Positions 60,101 to 64,000 of a stretch of 64,000 nt of DNA are shown here, in pieces (position 1 is the stretch's first letter; every line of letters begins with the position of its first letter). The position numbers and the translations under genes were made by a program. The DNA is from Schmidtea polychroa (Eukaryota): positions 73,904,001 through 73,968,000 of the forward strand of contig CM097886.1 of NCBI GenBank assembly GCA_044892525.1. The letters run 5' to 3'. The notes below the pieces were generated by a model. It was given only the letters and a program-made list of their open reading frames with translations. It ran no database searches and was not told where the DNA came from.

Positions 60101-61715
60101 TGCCAATAATGTTACTGACTTACAAAAGATAATAAACATTGCTTTCAATACTGCTTCAGAAATAGGCTTTGAATATCGACCAGAAAAGTGTGCGTACATC
60201 GAACTACCAAATAGTGTAAACCTTAGTGAAATAACAATTGATAACATTAACATCAAAAAATTACTAATCAAAGAGTTCTATCAATATCTTGGGGTACCGG
60301 TTGGTGAAGAACATGACCAGAGTCCTTATGAAATTCTTGATCAGGTAGTCAGTGATGCGAAAAGACTTGCTGATTCAGACTTGTACGGTTGGCAAAAGCT
60401 GAAAGCTTACAAAATATTTCTTCACTCTCGTCTAATTTTCCCATTTAGAACTAGAGAAATTAAAGTTAGTGCTCTTTCTGCAAATAGTGGTAACAGTACA
60501 ACAAAACTTCGCAGTCACTTGAGAAAGATGATGAATTTGTCTGGTCATTCTGAAATCAGTTACTTTTACAATTCTATTGAAAATGGAGGCGCATCTTGTA
60601 CTGATCTTCTTGATGAATATCACACACAAACTATAAGTCATTTCTTCAGACTTTTTACATCAAAATGTGATTTTACTAAACAGATAAATATAGACTCTTT
60701 AAAATATGTCACTGGGTCTCGACTTGATAAAACTGACCCTACACTTCAGGAAAGCTTTAATTGGATTAATGGTGCTGAACAGATTCGACATCACTCTGGC
60801 ACAAAAACTCGTTTTCGTCGACCACGAACAGCCATACAGTTTTTTCAAAGAACACATAATATTACAATATCTTTTGAAGTGTTGGATGATGAACCTGTTC
60901 TTCGCTTTACAACAATTTCGAATGGAACATTCATGTTGACTAGCAAAGAGAGAAGTATGATCTCGAAAGTTTTTCACCTTGCTCTCTATGATTCGTATTT
61001 CACTAAATGGAAAAATAGTAACATAAGTGGATCTCTAGCATTTTCTCTGTCACCTAATATTAACAAAGCAATTTTTAAAGGAGAAATAAGTGAAGCTGCA
61101 TGGAAATTCATTCATCGAGCTAGAACTAATACATTGGCCAATTTCGCAAAACCTTACAGACAACTTGAGAATCAAACGTGTAGACGATGTCATGATGAAC
61201 CGGAAACTTTGCCACATGTTTTGCAAACTTGTAAGGTCCATCAAACTCTTGCACTTAATCGTCACAACGATTGCCTTCAACATTTAGTTCACCATTTGAA
61301 AGACCCTTCACTCATTGTTGTTGTAGATCACATTTGTTCCTTGGTACCAAATTCTAAAGAACGTGTTGACTTGATTATAACAAACAATAGTAAAAAGACA
61401 ATTTATATGGTTGACATCAAATGTCCGTTTGATTCGCTAGTGACATTTGATAATGTAAATAATAAAAATCTAGCAAAATATGATTCTTTGAAAAAGGAAA
61501 TACAAGTTGTAAAACCTAATTTCACTGTGGAACTTCATACTTGTATTATTGGTTCCATTGGATCAGTTCCCCCAGTGACGTATGATCTGCTTAATAAAAT
61601 AGGTGTTTCGAATGGTAAAATACATGGCTTATTGAAAGCATGTGCATTAAATAATATAACGCACTCTGCTAAAATATGGCATTTTCATGCGACTGGCATG
61701 CTTCCAGATCATTAA
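57156..61715 (+). CDS. Retrotransposon ORF2 protease-RT-RLE (copy B)
   Basis: Homologous to copy A; open from the codon after the TGA at 57153-57155. Confidence 0.95.
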   Translation, partial: RYVPVSASTSTALSDETDAECTLDTCNLKSWFTDDEIDYYFESHISNRKFAFIKCYIVSILCSNISEDIVSIPENVFDARMILCPLNINNCHWILFVYCKTSCSSYYIDPIFKNTKKFANKQSVFKINYVLNNKFNLNNKIVDNPHKDLEYQNNDFDCGPFICAYAMIVCKEWDIFPTNFIFNIRKEIRTFQSSQLIYNTKVSGGGISKNHFLNGINFKKAIALKKNHPNNNIVKPIKLTNVKACVSTLLKMWFESNSRIMVLSPELTMNLITQNNVYIIENVSFKQFKDIDLIIGIIPNENYWCLFLCSIRLGFSYIFDVRSETINDRLMGIGENITDYLNKFMLDKNIKLQRNHSLFRFSFFSDDPIVHASSFLLFLEEYNSGNILNREKVVERLETMQSKINNKVAINLNLINCKVSDDILTNYFNNLNLSENFIFLNSTMCIAILDNCTQYLNDFLNTDQLMKAQIVFAIIAPPKSQQILFVIDYNTDEHYLLNPSTLELNIPYLFPANDLLNKINEIRETPGLCSKAGNCPHDVRGSGLVSRVLICAFMKHYALDLSLENINLHDIGGVINSLLPTVKEIEQCPVKTVPADKEIVKMKIKERILWINKHLITLRNASVDKISDFIKDNIVNNKVSSSNKLRRPYLGNKFNKNVQNKIKLRTSFNTHMKMTVNKILINDEINDRPTIRDHIVHFSHRDPIIRNYDNILKYGVQSFNILAVEPIDEDEVLSELKRADNTSPGLDGIKYNDIAILDPQGKLLTLLFNKILTDNTVPDVWKSFKTLMIPKPDKSDKYSLISSWRPIALLSVVYKLFASILARRLTSWVKLNNLLHVGQKGGSVHDGCVEHNSILSSCLEHSKYSKDLPIAIAFLDIKDAFGSVPHDYMWCILRHIGVGEDFTNILKLLYTETSSFYTCGPIETPNIAIKQGVKQGCPLSMILFAIAINPVLQAVSLSNIDSFKIRESSIQVLAYADDIALIANNVTDLQKIINIAFNTASEIGFEYRPEKCAYIELPNSVNLSEITIDNINIKKLLIKEFYQYLGVPVGEEHDQSPYEILDQVVSDAKRLADSDLYGWQKLKAYKIFLHSRLIFPFRTREIKVSALSANSGNSTTKLRSHLRKMMNLSGHSEISYFYNSIENGGASCTDLLDEYHTQTISHFFRLFTSKCDFTKQINIDSLKYVTGSRLDKTDPTLQESFNWINGAEQIRHHSGTKTRFRRPRTAIQFFQRTHNITISFEVLDDEPVLRFTTISNGTFMLTSKERSMISKVFHLALYDSYFTKWKNSNISGSLAFSLSPNINKAIFKGEISEAAWKFIHRARTNTLANFAKPYRQLENQTCRRCHDEPETLPHVLQTCKVHQTLALNRHNDCLQHLVHHLKDPSLIVVVDHICSLVPNSKERVDLIITNNSKKTIYMVDIKCPFDSLVTFDNVNNKNLAKYDSLKKEIQVVKPNFTVELHTCIIGSIGSVPPVTYDLLNKIGVSNGKIHGLLKACALNNITHSAKIWHFHATGMLPDH

Positions 61716-62262
61716 ATAAAATATTAATTAAATTTTGCTATCATTATCGGAATTGTTTGAATTGTGAATTGTTGTTTTCTTTTTCAATGGTCTTATCATG
61801 ATTACTTTGATAATTATAAACATTTCACAAGTCTGTCCATCAGAACAGCAAATCTTCCTATATTTCTAGTGAAATAAAGACAAATGAAACAATCTCCTGC
61901 CTGATGACTGATAGCTGTAGTGACATTCTGAGGAACTCAAAACCAAGAAATCATGAAAGCTGTCTAGATTCAAAGAATGATTTCAATTATAATGTCTACA
62001 GTCAAAATATTCAAATCTGTTTTTTCAACTAAGTCCCTCCAAGAAAGTTGAAATTGCAATGCCGGCACAGATGACCGATGAAAATCAGAATAGCCAGAGA
62101 AAATTCAATGAGCGAAACAAAATTGAGACAAATATTTCCCAAAAATAATATATTAGTTGAAAAATTGTCTCTCTGGCGAAGAAACTCATGAATGGCGGAT
62201 TCCAAGCAGAATCATCTCATTATCAAAATATAAAAAAACTTGTTATAATAATAAATGTTTAA

Positions 62263-62334
62263 ACTCAAGTGCTAACTTACGCTGGGTGTTCTGGTCTCCG
62301 AATGGAGGCGTGGGTTCAAATCCCACTTCTGACA
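62263..62334 (+). pseudogene. 3' part of tRNA-Leu(CAA), interrupted
   Basis: Same junction tttaa|ACTCAAG. Confidence 0.95.
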
Positions 62335-62478
62335 TATTTTTTTTCATTGTCATTTTACAAATAATGTTCTTGTTTTCTCATAGAATTGGTGTTTGAGTTT
62401 TTGAAAAAACTCTAAATCAAATGTTTCCATGTTTAGATAATTGACATTTTTTAAAAATAAAATCAAAAACATCAAACA

Positions 62479-62548
62479 TGCATCGCCGGGAATCGAACCC
62501 GGGTCGCCCGCGTGGCAGGCGAGCATTCTACCACTGAACCACCGATGC
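62479..62548 (-). tRNA. tRNA-Gly(GCC) variant with a 1-nt deletion (70 nt)
   Basis: Plus strand reads tgcatcgccggg versus tgcatcggccggg in other copies; either a defective copy or a sequencing error. Confidence 0.75.
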
Positions 62549-62782
62549 TACGAGAATAAAGTCATTTTGCATTTCTACTAATTCAACAATTCAAATTCAA
62601 TATCGAAAGGATAGGGCATTTGCAATTATCAAATCAAATTCAAAAATAACAAAATAAAAACAATCTCCCTTTTTTGATTTAGGAAATTTTATTATGAAAG
62701 TCTAACAAAAATTGTCAACAACTTTTCCAGATTTAATTTTAAATAACAAAAGTGGAGAGATTGTCATTGACAAGGAAAAATT

Positions 62783-62854
62783 AGGTCCCACCGAGATTTG
62801 AACTCGGGTCGCTGGATTCAGAGTCCAGAGTGCTAACCGCTACACCATGGGACC
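62783..62854 (-). tRNA. tRNA-Gln(CTG)
   Basis: Identical to other copies. Confidence 0.97.
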
Positions 62855-62963
62855 ACATTTAGAGATTATTTCCAAACAGGAATATCAAACAATCGAAAAC
62901 TTGTCAACATTTCCTTTATTTGTTGCGTCGAATTTGATTTGCAGATATTTTCCAGAATAAATT

Positions 62964-63066
62964 GTCAGGATGGCCGAGTGGTCTAAGGCGCCAGACTCAA
63001 GTGCTAACTTACGCTGGGTGTTCTGGTCTCCGAATGGAGGCGTGGGTTCAAATCCCACTTCTGACA
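62964..63066 (+). tRNA. tRNA-Leu(CAA), intact, with 19-nt intron (63002-63020)
   Basis: GTCAGGATGGCCGAGTGGTCTAAGGCGCCAGACTCAAG[TGCTAACTTACGCTGGGTG]TTCTGGTCTCCGAATGGAGGCGTGGGTTCAAATCCCACTTCTGACA, followed by a T-run terminator. Confidence 0.97.
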
Positions 63067-63210
63067 TATTTTTTTTCATTGTCATTTTACAAATAATGTT
63101 CTTGTTTTCTCATAGAATTGGTGTTTGAGTTTTTGAAAAAACTCTAAATCAAATGTTTCCATGTTTAGATAATTGACATTTTTTAAAAATAAAATCAAAA
63201 ACATCAAACA

Positions 63211-63281
63211 TGCATCGGCCGGGAATCGAACCCGGGTCGCCCGCGTGGCAGGCGAGCATTCTACCACTGAACCACCGATGC
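63211..63281 (-). tRNA. tRNA-Gly(GCC)
   Basis: Canonical 71-nt copy. Confidence 0.97.
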
Positions 63282-63515
63282 TACGAGAATAAAGTCATTT
63301 TGCATTTCTACTAATTCAACAATTCAAATTCAATATCGAAAGGATAGGGCATTTGCAATTATCAAATCAAATTCAAAAATAACAAAATAAAAACAATCTC
63401 CCTTTTTTGATTTAGGAAATTTTATTATGAAAGTCTAACAAAAATTGTCAACAACTTTTCCAGATTTAATTTTAAATAACAAAAGTGGAGAGATTGTCAA
63501 TGACAAGGAAAAATT

Positions 63516-63587
63516 AGGTCCCACCGAGATTTGAACTCGGGTCGCTGGATTCAGAGTCCAGAGTGCTAACCGCTACACCATGGGACC
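63516..63587 (-). tRNA. tRNA-Gln(CTG)
   Basis: Canonical 72-nt copy. Confidence 0.97.
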
Positions 63588-63696
63588 ACATTTAGAGATT
63601 ATTTCCAAACAGGAATATCAAACAATCGAAAACTTGTCAACATTTCCTTTATTTGTTGCGTCGAATTTGATTTGCAGATATTTTCCAGAATAAATT

Positions 63697-63799
63697 GTCA
63701 GGATGGCCGAGTGGTCTAAGGCGCCAGACTCAAGTGCTAACTTACGCTGGGTGTTCTGGTCTCCGAATGGAGGCGTGGGTTCAAATCCCACTTCTGACA
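63697..63799 (+). tRNA. tRNA-Leu(CAA), intact, with intron
   Basis: Identical to 62964-63066. Confidence 0.97.
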
Positions 63800-63943
63800 T
63801 ATTTTTTTTCATTGTCATTTTACAAATAATGTTCTTGTTTTCTCATAGAATTGGTGTTTGAGTTTTTGAAAAAACTCTAAATCAAATGTTTCCATGTTTA
63901 GATAATTGACATTTTTTAAAAATAAAATCAAAAACATCAAACA

Positions 63944-64000
63944 TGCATCGGCCAGAAATCGAACTCGGGTCGCCGCGTGGCAGGCGAGCATTCTACCACT
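63944..64000 (-). pseudogene. Partial, variant tRNA-Gly(GCC) at the window edge
   Basis: gccagaaatcgaactcgggtcgccgc versus gccgggaatcgaacccgggtcgcccgc: three substitutions in the T-arm and one deletion. Truncated by the window end. Confidence 0.6.

Larger units (their letters stand above)
54977..62262 (+). mobile_element. Full-length RLE non-LTR retrotransposon, copy B (7,286 bp)
   Basis: Same 5' and 3' junctions as copy A, with scattered substitutions and intact ORFs. Confidence 0.95.
62263..64000. repeat. Uninserted tandem tRNA array, 733-bp unit (Leu+, Gly-, Gln-), running off the window
   Basis: tRNA-Leu starts at 62964 and 63697 (offset 733), with near-identical spacers. Confidence 0.95.

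Noticed and set aside
62885-63818. Short ORFs overlapping tRNA genes (also 46290-46668, 54223-54601, 62157-62396)
   Set aside because: They are translations of tRNA sequence and spacers, with no coding signal.
1-64000. CRISPR array, rRNA genes or prokaryotic operon
   Set aside because: No short repeat-spacer array or rRNA sequence. Spliceosomal introns and eukaryotic tRNAs show this is eukaryotic nuclear DNA.

Overview
Very AT-rich eukaryotic (invertebrate-like; 45-50 bp introns; host not identifiable from sequence alone) genomic window with three parts. (1) 1-19.8 kb: mostly non-coding DNA with DNA-transposon relics and MITEs (pogo, mariner, hAT, piggyBac-like, Tigger-like), scattered exons of minus-strand gene(s), one assembly gap and an intronless CARD-caspase gene. 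(2) 19.9-43.4 kb: a 6,843-bp unit repeated about 3.24 times. Each unit carries the 5' half of a gene plus Gypsy and Tigger relics. The last copy is the complete gene, a three-exon TSR3-METTL6 fusion (about 560 aa); the first three copies are truncated to TSR3-only ORFs. (3) 43.8-64 kb: a tandem 733-bp tRNA array (Leu-CAA with intron, Gly-GCC, Gln-CTG). A roughly 7.3-kb RLE-type non-LTR retrotransposon has inserted at the same position of tRNA-Leu(CAA) three times (two full-length copies, one 5'-truncated). Its 719-aa unknown ORF1 and its Ulp1-protease/RT/RLE ORF2 are in the same frame, separated by a single UGA.
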